Source of the DNA: Klebsormidium nitens
Lineage: Eukaryota; Plantae; Klebsormidiophyceae
Direction of reading: 5' to 3'
NCBI GenBank assembly: GCA_000708835.1
Contig: DF237014.1
Location: 1 to 64,000 of the forward strand
Length of the DNA: 64,000 nt
In this document: piece after piece, positions 38,983 through 53,001 of the stretch
How positions within the stretch are numbered: position 1 is the first letter of the stretch
Layout of the letters: every line of letters begins with the position of its first letter
Position numbers and translations under genes: made by a program
The notes under the pieces: model-generated
Told to the model about the DNA's origin: nothing
The model's input: the letters and a program-made list of their open reading frames with translations, nothing else
The model's database searches: none

Positions 38983-41900
38983 TCACAGCCCACTCATGGC
39001 ATCCTCGAGCTGCTTCACTTTGGCCACGAGCACATCCCGATCCGCCTGCGCCCGCATGACGCTGGCGAATCCCCCGTGCGCAATTATGACCTGCTCGAAC
39101 TCTTTTATTTTGGCCACGAGCGTGTTTCTGTCCTTTTCTAGCTGGGCGACGATGCCCCCCCGCTCCTCCTCCGCCTGCTCTAGTTCTCCCAGGACCGTCT
39201 TCAGCTCCTCGTCGCTGGTCAATGCGAGAGCTTGCTGTAGAAGCGCGTACATCTGCACAGCAAAGTCTGATCCGTCAGCACAATCCAATCAACCAGGATT
39301 GTGGTGGTTGAGGAGACAGGCGCGATGATTTTCTCGTAATATCCAACTCATGTTAGTATCCATCTAAGGAGAAATTGCAGAGCAAAGGTATTCAACCCTG
39401 ACAGAAACCCTCGGATCTGACATGGCAGTGGACGCACACTCTTGTGTATGACAAGCAATCCTAAGGATGTCACCAGCAAAGCCGCACTGCCAATAACCTT
39501 GCCAGCAACCTCGTAAGCCCAATTGATGAATCTTCAGAAGCGAGCATGTCAGAAAGTCTGCCGTTTACTCAACACGGAAAGATGAGGTGCCCCACCTTAT
39601 CTGTCTGTATTTGCAGTTTGCTGGCGGCGATGACCTCCGGCGCCAGTTTCTCCAAGGGCGGCTTGACCGCTTCTGTTGAGACCACCCTGCGCACAACACA
39701 CCATGAATGTGCTTACGTGGCACACACGCTTAGGACCACGTCTCCTGACCAAAAGCTTGCTTTTCGACTTCTGAGAGCAGCTTAGCCAACGATTGATTGC
39801 AATGGGTCGACTAGAGTACGACCATAAAGCCGCTCTGTCTTTCGCCGTTCATTGCAGATACTACGAAGCGCTGAGTTATTTTATACGAACCCTCCAATGA
39901 GTCTCGGCGAACCAAGTTTCGTCGTTCGCACAAGACCTCGCTCTCGCCAACCCCTGAGTACCAGCTTGCACAGTGCTGGGAACGGCTTTGGAGACCCCCG
40001 AAACGGGACGTCAACACGCTTTAAGCAAACCGGCACACGGCCCGTTGACGTCATAAGCATCCCACTCATTCCTTTCCAAACCGCTCAATTCCCCGATTTA
40101 AAAAGCTTCTTGATAGCGACCCAACGTTTTCAGCGGATGACCACTTTCATTGTTGCAGCCTGATAAGATATTGATCCTACTCAAAACGGGACTGTGATAT
40201 GGACCAGCCGGGCTATGGACCTGCTCTGCCCAGTGGCTTACTTGGTGGCGACTCGCCGTGTGATCTGAAGGTGGATCTCCCCCTTCTTGACCCCCGTCAG
40301 GGTCGCCCAAATGTCTCGCGTCGCATTGTCCTCCAAACCTTCTAGGCTGACCTGACAATGCCCGATTGACGTGGATGACATCACCGTATTGTAATCCTGC
40401 ACAACAGACAGCATGACATCACTTTCAAGTTCGCTTGCGCATGCTGGCAGTTCCGACAGAACGGTCACCGAAGCTTGCGGGGGCAGTTCATAAGAAGAGC
40501 CACAAGCACACGCCATAAGCACAGCCCGGGCATGCGGGCCAAAGGCAGAGCAAGAAACAGCTCATAAACAGAGCGCACAAACGGAGCCCATAAGCAGAGC
40601 CGATAAGACCAGCCGCAAGCAGAGACCACAAGGAGAGCCCATATGGAGAGCCTATGGGATCCCGCATAAGCAGAGCCCACAAGCAGAACCCATAAGGAGG
40701 AACCCTACGAGTACAGCCCATGAACGCACCCAACAACGCGTATAACCACAGCCCACAATTGTAGCCGATACGCACACAACAATAGCCAATACGCACACAA
40801 CATTAGCCGATACGCACACCCCACAAGCACAGCCCATAGCAGCGCCTGCCTCACCTTGACGTGCAGCGCGAGGTGCTTTGCGCCGGAGTCCTTGAACTCG
40901 AGCGTCTGGTGCCACTGCGGCGTGAGCGTCTTGTAGATGACCTTTGACCGCTGCTTCACTGCGCCGTACTTGACGCTCACGTACGGATCGCTTGTGCCGT
41001 TCCAGTCGGCGGCCTTCAGGTTGCGCGCCTCCACCAGCGTCACCTCGATTGTCGCAGGGCCTGGACACGTGACAGCATTATGGGAGGCGGATGTTGCTGG
41101 ATTGAAGTGCAATGACCCGAAAGCTGACAATTCTAATAGAAAGACTTCCAAGGAGACCGTCACTGAACAAAGCGGTTCCTCCAATTTGCAGCAGTTAGGT
41201 AGCCTGAGAATGCGATCTTCCAACCGTGACCACTCCTCGTGGAAATCCCACTATATAGCTAAGACTAGCTATGTCATCGGAGTTCCTTGCAAACCCCTTT
41301 GTGACAAAATTGTCAAGAGACATTCCGGTAGCGTCTACCGATTCTTAAAGGGCAACATTCGAAGCCCCTTACCTTCTGATTTAGTGACGGTGGACACGTG
41401 CGCGTTGCTGGCCGCAACGGCGTCAGCTTCTCGTGCAAGGTCGTAGTCTTTTCCGAGCACCTCTAGTTGCAGCCGCACCTCGCCCGTGTTCGCTTTCTCA
41501 AGTGGAACCCACACCTCGCGCTGCATGCCCTCCACCAAATTCTGCAGGAACCGCAGGACGCAGGTTGCCGCAGAGGAATCTCGTTTGCGCAAGTGGGATT
41601 CGCACTTTCTCATCACACCGTGTGCAGATCCTTCCCTCGAATCCTGCCCACCGTTCAAACCTGCAATTTGTACTTGTTTCGAACACCAACCTCTTCGGTT
41701 CCAGGCTACCATGCGGCCAACAAGACCTCGGGCTGGAGGTGAAATCCGATACTCGAAGCAGTCAGCTATTTTGAATCAAAGGTTGTACAAGATTCTAGGG
41801 TGCAGGGTTCGCAGCGTCCCCAAGGGATCCGTTATGACTCACCAGCAGATTGACACGCGCGACTCCCAGGCTCTGGTCCATTTGGAGCTTGTCCGAGTCG

Positions 41901-44900
41901 AAAACGCGCAACCGCAGGTGCTCGCCGCCGCTGAGCTCCTTGAACTCGAACGTCTCGTTCCAGATCGGGTTCAGGTTCTGGGCAACCTGAATGAGGTAGA
42001 CTAGTTTGGGTTGACGATCGCATAGGGAATTTGGAGGAGAACAATGGAGGTGGTATGCCAAAGGGGTAGAGGCGCTGATTGATCAAAGTATGGCATGCAT
42101 ATCGACTGGCAGCAGGGGTCTGAGAACACTTCTGAACGGAAAATGACTCGACCTCCAGGCGGCCTTTCTCCTTGATTTGATGGTGGGGTATTAAGGCACC
42201 TCTGTTTGCTCTACCAACTTGCGAGCTGGCTACTTTCTGCAAAATCTCATGCCCGCTTCCTCCTCGAGCTTTGCAAGCTCACACCGAATCATGTCAATGA
42301 GCTTGAACTCTACCGTCGCTGACCAGATCTGGCGTTACCAAACCTCGTGAGAAGCCCATCAAATACGGACGCCAGCGAAGCAAAGGACCACCAGATCTTG
42401 ATCAAACAAAAACACACCACGTAGGACCCCCTCACCGTCTTGGTCTTGCGCGTGATACTGCCGTACTGCAGCTTCACATACGGGTCGCTGAACCCCGAGT
42501 AGTCGGCGGGCTTGAGCTCCCGCGCCCCGACGACCGTCACCCGAATGGTCCGCCCCGTCAGTAACGACACGCTGTCTATTCTGCTCATGGAGGGGACGGC
42601 AGGCACGGCGGTAGCAGGGGCCGACTCCGCGAAATGCCACTCTTTCATCGTCAGCCGCAGCGTGACCTGGCGACGAAGAAGAGAACCAAAAATCGTGCGC
42701 TGAGGTTGCCAAAAACGATACGAAGGTTGAGATATGGGGCTCAACTTCTGTCGGATGGATCCGTTTGGACCTTGACATGACCTCACAGGAAGCGTTGTTC
42801 CACCCCCCAATCTGCCTATGATGCATTTCAGAAAGTCCAGTAAAGCCGCCTAGTTGAACGAATGACGGATGCTCCGTCAATTGTACTAGCTCGACCCCTA
42901 CTAGCTCGACTCGAAGGGATCAAAGCATATATGTGTTCAGAACCACGGAAAATGAGAAATCAAAGTTTTATATTGAGAGCAAGTGGAAGGCTTTGAGCAC
43001 ACATACCTCTCCGGAGGCGCTGTCCAGCAGCGGAAGAGTGACGACGACGCCTTTCTCGCAGCACTCCGCTCGGTGGGCGATCACGGCCTCGTCTCGGCCC
43101 ACAGCATAGAAGATCGTCGAGTCGTCTGCCACGTACTGGATCTGGCAAAGTCAACCAGGGGAGCACAAATTAGGGCTTTGCACGCTCAAGTTTAAAAAGG
43201 TTTCCTTGAAGGACGTGCGTAAACCTTCTCTGGCGCTCCATTTGGCGCTCCATTCGGCCCAGTCGTTAGTGCAGAAGTATCTGAGGCCCTAGTGTATTGG
43301 TCTAGAAGATTGCCAGGAAAACACTACGATATCACGTCCACATTGTGCGGGTAAGAGGCGACAAGCTTCGCAATTCTGCGGGTCAAGACCCGTGGAGCGC
43401 TCTCTCGTAAAAGCACGACTTTGACACTGATGTGTCGTTGCTTGGACCGAGCCATCGACTTTTGGATTCGAAACAGCATTTAGTGCGGCTCCGTGATCCA
43501 GTCAGTGGCCCTGCGGGTTTGCAGAACATGGCAGAGACCACACCGTATGGAGCATCGATAAACGACCTGAGGTCACCACGCTCGGGTATTCACAGCTAGA
43601 TCCGTGAACCTCCTGTACCTAGCAGTCTGTTGTCGGAATGCGGCGCAGCGCACAGCGGCCCCTGGCAGGCCTCCAAGACCTTCATTTACAAGGGGATCCC
43701 TCCACTTTGTACCCACGCAAGTCAATAAACTCAATGTGCGCTTGCGAAGGACCCAACCCGTGATCTCTCGCAGGGCTGACGTCACGACTTCATAAGCCCA
43801 CGGAGCTTGGATTCCAACGGCACCGAATCGTTTGTGCGATGGAGGACCGGAAGAAAGAAGACGGTATGGAGGGATCGTACTGAGGCAGCTAGCAGCTACG
43901 GTCGGCCTCCTCTAGCCTTTTAATCGGTATTCATATCGGGACCGGAGCAGCGTCCGAAAAGCACTTCTTGCTGCACTTAGTGTCGCACCACTCCGACAGC
44001 CCACCTCGATCGTCGTGGACTGTGAGCGCAATTTTGGATCCGCCGGTTGTTCGATAAGTATGGTCCAAAAGAATTGAGAAAACTCACCTTGAGATCCGCC
44101 TCGCCCATGGGCGCCTGCCGCACGTTCCTCTCTCCCGCATCGTAGGCGCGCACGTACAAAGTGGACAAACTCCCGTGCAGTGGCAGCTCCATCGTCTCGT
44201 CCCATAGGGGCTCTAACGTCGCCCGCTCGACCTGAAAGTCACCAGGGGAGATGAAGTTTGTTGACGTTCTGTGTTGTTCTTCTAGGACTTTGAGACTCCC
44301 AGACTCTGTAAATGTGCACATTTGCAATGAGCCGAGCACGGGAAGAGGCTCAGACGAGACGGTTCCTCCTCACGGGGGCGGCCCGATGAGCCGTTAAACG
44401 ACTTCACGCCAATTTGACTAGCGCTGACCTAGGCCCTTACACTTACGCCTTCAGAAAATAGGGTTTACTAAAAGAAGAAACAAAAAGACAGCTTTTGATA
44501 ATGGTTCCCGCACCAACGGAAAACACAAAAAGCAAAGAGCAACCCCCACTTTGGCAACGAAGTGTATGCCGACGATAATCACGATAGTGAACCCAGAGCG
44601 AAGCTTTCCAGTTCGCCATTGACGATGCGCTTACCCTAGTTTTCCGCGCCAGGCCGCCGACGCTCAGCTCGACGTAGGGGCTTGGGGGAGCCGAAGCGGA
44701 CTGCGACTCGGCGTCCGACTTCCTCTTTGTTAGCCACGTGCCCTGGGAGCCGGCTGGTGTGAGTGACTGGAGCCCTGACGCAGAAACGACGGTGACCTGC
44801 GGAGCGAAGCAGGGAGAACTGTGGGCTTGCTGAGGTAGCAGTTTCCGACATGTTCGAGTGCCTTGATGGTGTGTGGGGCGATGTGGCAACGGGGTGAGTT

Positions 44901-47900
44901 GGATTTACTGGCGGGGAAAGCAGTCTCAGAGAAGCTAGAGGAAATCTGTTTTCCGAGGGGCAAAACAACCCCTGGTAAAGTCCGTTTGGACATGATTAAG
45001 CAAGCTGACTTGTTCGGTGTGAAGGCGTCCCATAAGTTGCTTCAGTAAAGAAAAGCACCGAAGCTTTTGGGCATTGACCAAGACCCGTCGTGCACTATAT
45101 TTCCTATAGCAGCCTGCCGTGCTTCTGATGCATGAGAAACCTCTCGATCGACCAGTGAGTCAGGGAACGAGCACGTAAGAACGATGGAATCAGTGGTAAA
45201 ATAGCGGAACGGCCAACCAATGTTACGAACTAGCCACAAGAAGGAAGAGGGCACAAAGAACGGCCGAGAGGGGGCGAATGAGCGGAACGAACACCAGGTA
45301 AAGCGGGAGAAGGGGGTTCAAAGCGCCACAGCCTTGTCTCAAGCGCTCAAACCGGCGGACTGGCCGAACGTTTTGCACAATCACCTGGAGGACTCCGGAG
45401 ACTGCGTGCTTGTGCAGGTTCCGCAGGGGGAGGGTGCGAATGCGCCGCCGCGGCTCCAGCATCGTCTTCACCAGCGCCTCCAACAGCAGCCGCTCCTGTG
45501 GCACGCACAGTCTAGTTTTAAGCGACACGGTATACCATTGACAACTCACGACTTTTTCCAGAAAGATGCAAAATGTGGGAGTTGCGGGCAAGAGATACTG
45601 GAAGTCACCAGATTGCTTATAAGCGGTGCAAAGAGCGGTCTTCAAAGACGAGTTCTAGTCAGCTTCTCACCAGCCACGTGGCAACCCCTGGTAGGTCGGA
45701 CAGCGACAAGCTGGAGCTTCCGCCTGCGACCGCCACCCCCACGTGCACTTCGGGCGGGTCTGCAAAGCTGTACAAGACGGCCTGGCCGTCCAAGATGGGG
45801 ATGAACTTCAACTGCACGAGGACAGGGGACAAAGTACTCGCACTGGGTCTCTAAGAGCTTGGCCAGGCACGTTTGATTCCCTGACAACGGACGTAGAAAC
45901 GGCTCCCTTAAACTGCGACTTCTGGCTCCAGTTTATGGCAGAAACTTTGAGGATTTCAACAATTTGGCCAGGAGGTGAACGAGTCACATTCTCCAAACCG
46001 AAGAGCGTAACTAGATTGTTCTCATCAAGGGTGTCCGCCTGCTGATCTCAACTGTCCTGCGGGCATTCTCCCAGTCGATGTACAACATCAGAAATAGTTA
46101 CAGCTAAAGAAAGTCTCGAAAAGTCATAAGAAGACAAGTATCAGCAGACCTTGCCGGAAATCATCCAGTCGCCCGAGTGGGGACCGATTCTAGTCGAAAG
46201 ACAAGCCTTCTCAATCCGTTTTGGCATGCCCCTCACCTGGCCTTTGACAAAGACGTGGCTCACAATCAACCGAACAGCCCTGCCCTTGAGCGGGCCCGCT
46301 AACTTCGCCCCAAGAACAACGCTCATGTCGGTGGTGTCAAAGAGAAAGTCCATGTACAAGGAAACCTGCACTGACACCACTCATCATCTGTCAGCAGCTC
46401 CTCTCAGACTGCAGTGAGTGTGAGGTACTTGAACGCACTTCAACAAGCAGTATTAAGGAAAAGAAAGAACAAGGGGTTCTAGCTTTGTGACTTGGATGTC
46501 AAAGTAAACATTGTTTGTCAGGTGTGCATAAAAAGCCCCAAGACTACCACTGGCCAGCGGCAACTATTCAGGATTGGGGCTGTCGAGACCAGTACCTCAC
46601 CTTTCCTGTGGCGTCATTCGACCAGTAGGTTTTTGTGGAGCCCATCTGTGGGGGCGCCGTGCCAAGCGAAAACTCCTCCACCTCGATAGATTGCTGCGGA
46701 AGACAACCTCCAGGTCAACCAACGAGAGTAAGAAAGAAGAGAATCTGTGAAGCTCTCTCCTAATTATGACTTGCTCGGAACAGTAGTCACCTGCTTTGCA
46801 GCCGCAACTAGGAACTCTTTGCAGATACTGGCTTTGGCTGACTGGCCTCCACCTTCTTCAAGAGTCAAAGAACCAGCTTTTGCACCGCAAAATCGGCCGC
46901 CGACAACGTCATCCACAATTGTATGAGCACAAGCAAAAGGGCTGCTGAGGGCCACAACTCAATTGTTTGAAGGCTTTCTGCAGCGCTGTTTGCAAGGAGA
47001 GCACAGAAGCCTGCAAGGAAGAACAGCTTTCAAAAGCCCACGCACAAGATGCTGGTATTCTTTTGAGCCCTTCACTCATGATTGCCCTTGGCGGAGAGGA
47101 GGAATCAAAGAAGGAGTCCAAACGACTGGGATTTGATGGGGGCTGTGCAACTCACGATGCTCTTTGGGCGCTTCTCCCTCAGCTGCTTCTGCACAATCCG
47201 CAGGTACTCCTGCACCAGACGGGGCTCCAAGTAGTTGGGCCACACCGTCTGCAGCAGCTTGTTCAGCCACTGGGTGGTCTCGGGGGCGGTCGCAAGCTGT
47301 AAAACCAAAGCGTGCATAGTAAGGTCAAAAGTAGATGACAAATGTATGTTCAGACACTGTTTGTTCAGCCAATCCATGGATTTTGAGGCGATGGCAACCC
47401 TTGAGGCGAAAAATTCTTTATGGCTGACGATGGCCGTCAGAAATGACAGCGGGCCCTTCAAGTCAGTCAATCTCTGGACCATATCATGGGCTCGAGAGCG
47501 AAAGACGTCCAGGGGCGTCTGCATTCCCTGATATGAGGGCATGTTCACAAGCAGTTTCTAGGAGGCTTGAGGGCAGGCGTCGAGAATGCAAGAGGCCAAT
47601 GGCCACATTCGCCATGTAAGGGATGCGATGAGGGGGGTAAAGCGCGAGTAGTGTTGCAATCTGACAATTGGAGCAAGGGCTAGCAAGTGAAGTCCCCAAA
47701 GAAGGTTGCTGGCAACTCCTAGAGTATGGATTCAAGCGAAGTTTGTAGATCATCGAAACCACTCTGCATGCACACAAGAAGCACACCAAACAGTCCGCTC
47801 GGATATCAAGTCAGGAGACGGCAACTCTCACAGCATTGGACAAATGGAAGCGCTCCCACTTGCGGTTCAGGCGGTCGACTGCTGCACGCGTTCGGACCCT

Positions 47901-48092
47901 GCTGAATTCCAATGCGAGCCAGACTGCCGCCACAAGGGGCACCCAATTAGAGAAGGGGACCAAAAACCTCTCCAGTAGCCAAGCCAGCACCACAACAGGG
48001 ATCAGCAGCTTCAGCATAGGCTGCTCCCTGTCTACTTCTGTCCAGGTTGCCCTGAGCTCCTTCAGACGTGGCATCGCGCCCTTGGGGGCCAT
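38983..48092 (-). CDS. SYT6: Synaptotagmin SYT6/SYTF (NTMC2T3)-like protein: N-terminal TM, SMP domain, three C2 domains, C-terminal coiled coil
   Basis: Motifs in order: LLIPVVVLAWLLERFLVPFSNWVPLVAAVW; SMP QWLNKLLQTVWPNY and EEFSLGTAPP; YVADDSTIFYAVG; KEWHF; C2 ARELKPADYSGFSDPYVKLQYG; C2 EARNLKAADWNGTSDPYVSVKYGAVKQRSKVIYKTLTPQW; coiled-coil tail EELKTVLGELEQAEEER. Confidence 0.88.
40489..40845. repeat. Degenerate compound minisatellite in an SYT6 intron: ~12-14-nt CATAAGCAGAGCC-like units, then 3 copies of a ~21-nt TAGCCGATACGCACACAACAA unit
   Basis: Directly visible repeat units running up to the intron donor at ~40855. Confidence 0.8.
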
Positions 48093-48477
48093 AAGGAAGG
48101 TGATCCAATTGATGCCCTGGGCAAATGCACCTGGAACCTGCCCGCCTCAGCAACTCATCAAAATTGAGGCTCTTTTCACCGAAGTCCTGTCAAACAGCCT
48201 CATTTGGGTCCATGCTGCGCAGCATCAATTGGCTCCCTAGCATCAAGGCGCCCATTTTCTCTTGGCATCCTGGAGAACAGGATTTCCTGGAATCCAAGCC
48301 ATGTCCTGCCCCTTTTCCGACTTCGAAGTTTTCGACTTCGAACAAACCCTAAAACCCGTGCTTCTCGAAACCCTATATGCACCAAACCATGTCTACTGCT
48401 TTCTTCTCCCCTTTCCTCTCCTCCTGCAGATTCATTCCTCAGGCTTCAGCAAGCTCGTGCTCTTGAAGCTGGCCACG

Positions 48478-51421
48478 ATGCGGATTGTCACAGTGCCCCA
48501 GCTGGAGGACAACTATGGCTACCTGTGAGTGGCGGCAGCTCTCGTCCTTTGCTGTGCCATCAGGCCGTCTGGCTTGGGGTCAACAAACAGTCATGTTGCT
48601 CGCAATGCTGTGGATGCAAAGCGACACTTCCTGATTAACCAGGCCCCTGCATCTACCTTGGTCCCCGCAAAAGCTCTTGGTCATTTGCTTTTGGGCAAGT
48701 CCTTGGCACATTAATGTCTCTTTGATGCAACATTCATTGCAGGAAAGCTCTTCTTGTGTGGCATTTGACAATGCCACCACATTGAGCTGGGCCGCCAATA
48801 TCTTAAGCTTTGCAAATCTGTTTGAGTTGAAACGCACTGAGATTCCAAGTGCATCACTGCATGCAAAGGATGATGGTCTCATCTAAGTGGGCATAACCAT
48901 CACCACCGGTGTCTGGTCTTGAGTCTGTGGGCGGCATCCAGCACAGTTCCCCAGCCACTATTTAAATAGAACCTCAAGAGCTGAGAAACGCCCTCATCAG
49001 GATTTTTTCTTTGTCAGATTGATTTGTAGCAAGAGAAGCTTACCACACATTCAAGAGCAGAAAAAACGAGATGCTAAATGAGATCACTTCTGCAGGATTA
49101 TAGACGATGCCACCAAGGAGGCCGCTGCAGTGGACCCGGTGGAGCCTTCCAAAGTGACTGGCGCAGCCAGCAGGGAGGGCGTCTCCATCACTACAGTTTT
49201 GACCACCCATCATCACTGGTCAGCACAGTGGTGGAGCTTGACTGGATGCCAAGAAATCCCGTTTCGCTCAGCTTGGGCGCTTGTTGCATCGCCGTTATGG
49301 GGGATTGCTCCGAGCTACTTTTCTCAATAGTTGAACCAGCCTTTCAACTGATTGTCCCATATGAGCATAACATTGTCTCTCTTAGCTTGCACTATGGGCA
49401 AAGTGCGTAACGCTGTACTCTATGTTCCAAAACAATTCATTCGCTAACCACCAGGTGAAATGAAGGCAGCTCCTCAAAGTGTTGTTTAACTCCTCTGTGC
49501 AGGGATCATGCTGGGGGCAACGAAGAGATGGTCAAGCGCATTCCCGGGATCAAGGTGGTTGGGGGGGCGCACGACCGTGTCGCTGCCTGCACGCATCCAG
49601 TAGAGGAAGGGGATGAGGTCTCAGTGGGAAAGGGGGTTAAAGTGAGGGCGCTTTTCACACCCTGGTAAGTAAATCAGCTTTTTGCAGTCCGCCTGCCGTC
49701 AATTCTTTCAAAGGCCTGGGGGTGTGTTTTTGTGAAGCTGGAACTCTTGAAGACTGGCGCCATTTCCTGGTCAGTTTACACAGTCTGCTGACCTTCAAGC
49801 AGCAACACAGCAGGATGTTGAGATTGGCGCTCTGGGACAAAACGGGACCAGCTCGCCAGGATTCCATCAACTTAGAGAAGCTCAAGCAACTCGATTTCGT
49901 TCTCGATGTTTCAAATAGAGGGGTTCAGACTAGGAGGGTCAGACAACGAACTTGCTATAGCGAGAGAGCAATCTGTGCCGTCCACTGCGCCTGTCCTTGC
50001 AGTCACACCAAGGGCCACATCAGTTACTATGCCACGGGGTCATCGGATGAAGCGCCCGCTGTCTTCACTGGGGACACCTTGTTCATCGGCGGCTGCGGCC
50101 GTTTCTTTGAGGGCACCCCGGAGCAGATGCATCGCTCACTGCTGGGAGTCTTGGGCCGTCTGGACCCCGCGACCAGGGTCTACTGTGGCCACGAGGTAAG
50201 GCGGTGAGAGTATCATCAGTCTTTCGTACTCCAGCAAAGATGTGCATTTCTCAATCTGCCACCACTTCGTCAATATTCCGATTCAGGGTTTCGGAGTCAG
50301 GATAATATCAAGTTGGGGCTTCAGCGAAGCTTTCGTAAGTGAACTCCGGGGCTCCTAAGAGCCCTCATTCGCTCGTTGAATTGCACAGGGCTGGGGCTTC
50401 ATTGCATATTTGATGAGTAAATACTGAGGTACGCAAGTTAACCCGAATCTTTGTGAGAAGGGAGCAGGTGATTCAATCTTTGCCTGCTCGGTATCTTCCA
50501 GGGGACTCTCGTCTTCAGTTGGTTCGTCGACAGGACTGGCTGCACGTTTGTCAGGAGCTGCCGTCTTTTAGACAGTGTTGAAAAGCGAATTACACTTGTC
50601 TTGGTCGTTCGAGAGGTCGGCCTAGCTGGCCGGGAACTAGGCCGTGCCAATAAGTATTCCGTCAATTTCCCCTGTTTCTATTTCCCAAAAGTTAATGGAG
50701 AAGTCGCCGCTTCACTTCTTTGCCTGCATAGAGACGTCCGCGTGTCCTGAAAGGTCGTCTTTCTGCCCGCTGTTAAAGCTGACTCGTAAATTAACGAATT
50801 CGACATGGCATGCACACGCACCTCTTATTGGTCATTTGCAACTGATAGAGCCGAGCTCCAGCAAAACGAGATAGCGAACTACATAAGACCTTCCTGCCGC
50901 ACACACTCAAGTCCTCTTTCCTGTCCCACAGTACACGGATAAGAACCTAGAATTCGCCGCAAGCGTCGAACCCAACAACGAGGCTCTGAAGCAAAAGGCC
51001 GCTTGGGTGAAAGAGAGCCGGGCGCAGGGCCTGCCGACTGTTCCGTCCACGATAGGGGACGAGCTGGCGTTCAACCCGTTCATGAGGGTCGAGTTGGACG
51101 CCCTGAAGGTAAGGTGTCTAGCCTCACCCGCCAGATTCCAAGTGAACCATTGCTTGGCCATCTGGTTTCGCATCCCACATGGCCGGAGAAGCCTGTTTAG
51201 AGGTTGCGTCCTCGTTCGGGTTGTCAGTCTGCTTCATTACGTCTAGTCCCTGTTGTTAATTTTGATGCTTTCTGTGGTTTGACTTGGGGTTTTAGGGCTC
51301 GTGTTTGACGTACCTCTTCTGCTTGCACCTGCAGGCAGCGACCGGCGAAACGGACCCTGTGGCTGTGATGGCGAAAGTCAGAATGATGAAGGACTCGTAT
51401 GGGAAGAGGGGGAAGATCTAG
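48478..51421 (+). CDS. GLX2: Hydroxyacylglutathione hydrolase (glyoxalase II, GLX2-2/HAGH type), 6 exons
   Basis: [16 protein letters not shown]; AAAVDPVEP; metallo-beta-lactamase motif LTTHHHWDHAGGN; TPCHTKGH; [18 protein letters not shown]; VYCGHEYT; [17 protein letters not shown]. Confidence 0.95.
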
Positions 51422-53001
51422 TGTGGCTCCAATTATAGGTGCCACCAGTGGTGAGTGATATGTCGTCGTGCAAGAACGTCTGTAGATAAACTCAATACAA
51501 GCAAGATGCTCGCAAAAAGGGTTGCGACCGAGCTCCAGATTGCAGAGAGCTGCATCACTTCTTGTCACAGTGCTGAGAAAACTTGTCCACATACTCACAG
51601 CAGCGGCCGTAAGAAGAGCGCAAGACATGTCGAGTTGGACCATGAACAAACCCTTCAACTTGCAACTCATATTTTTTGAGTCTAAACTTGAAATATTCCA
51701 ATCCGGCATTTTGCAGAAGCTATAAGGCCTCTTCGAATTTTCATAAGAGTAGCTTAGAGCGAGCATAGCTGTCTAACAGCTTCAGCAATCATTCTAACGG
51801 ATCTCAACTTTCAGTCAATGCCAGCTGTAATTGTAATAGCATTCAAATTGTCGATTTTATAGCATGCATGCGCATGCTTGTTCTGAAGAGCCCGGCTGTA
51901 TCACGGCCATAGCACCCGCACACTCATTACAAATTTGTTTCAGGTTTTCTGACGTTTAAGCTTGATACTCAAATGAGCTATCGTCACTAGTTGAGATTCT
52001 GAACATTGAGAATGACAAGTGTCGGATGGCACGCGGTATGCGATGGATCGGTCGGGTGGCTCGACTAGTCGGGGCGACCTGCTGCCTTGCATGATAGCTG
52101 CACAATAGAGTCACAAGAGCCCGCGCTCAACCGCGCTCACCAAAAATGCAAATTTGTGTCATGCGGCATTATGTAAGCATGACCCGGCATAATTTACAAT
52201 CTCGTAACTGACACCTTTACCCACGTCGCGCTAGCATCAAAGGCATGTCTTGTAAACTGGTTGTGCTCGATATCCATACATCAACCGAATCTTTTCGACT
52301 AAAGATCATGCAGCTCGAGCTAGCCGACGAACTGTGCGTGGACTCAATGGTTGTTATAGGGTCCAAATACATTCATCGGACTTGAGCGGATCAATTAAAG
52401 CGAAGTCCTAAAATAGAAGAGACGCACTGAGAACATTGGCAAGCTACTCGAAACGCTCGATGAAGGTCGAAGCAGACGTCGGACAATTCATATATACAAT
52501 CGGTCGTATATAGTCGTATATAGTGAGGTATGGTAGGCCGGTGGTAAGTACCACGCTCAGCCTTTCACACCTCTGTTCATCCTCGTTTCTCAATTTTTCT
52601 TGTCCCACTGCGGTTGGCATATCTTGTAGCCGTTCTCTGATGACCTGGATTCCAACTTTTGGAAGCAACCGTAGTCAAGTGCATACAGTGGCACCTCAGA
52701 CCGCCATTCTTCGTGCCGGTTGTTCAAGCCCGTGCTCAGCTCAGAACTTCGTCATTGTGCCTCCCCCTGCATGCAAATAGTCAGCGCCCTCCACTTTATC
52801 AGCTTCGAATCAGCAAATAATCCTACTTGCACCAGCAGATCTCGCTTTCCATCTCTTAGCATTGTATCGACTTGTCATGTCCTAGATGCCACGAAGATGA
52901 GGAAGAAACAAGACGACCCACCCAACCGTCAGAATTACAGCTGTTTTAGAGTCTTCCTGCAGTACCATTGAATATCAGTCAGCACTGAGGCGAGTGCATC
53001 G

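Noticed and set aside
51514-51548. LRR-like LCNLELGRNPF in a minus-strand ORF overlapping the GLX2 3' end
   Set aside because: It is a single repeat with no neighbouring LRRs or supported splice partners, so chance is plausible.
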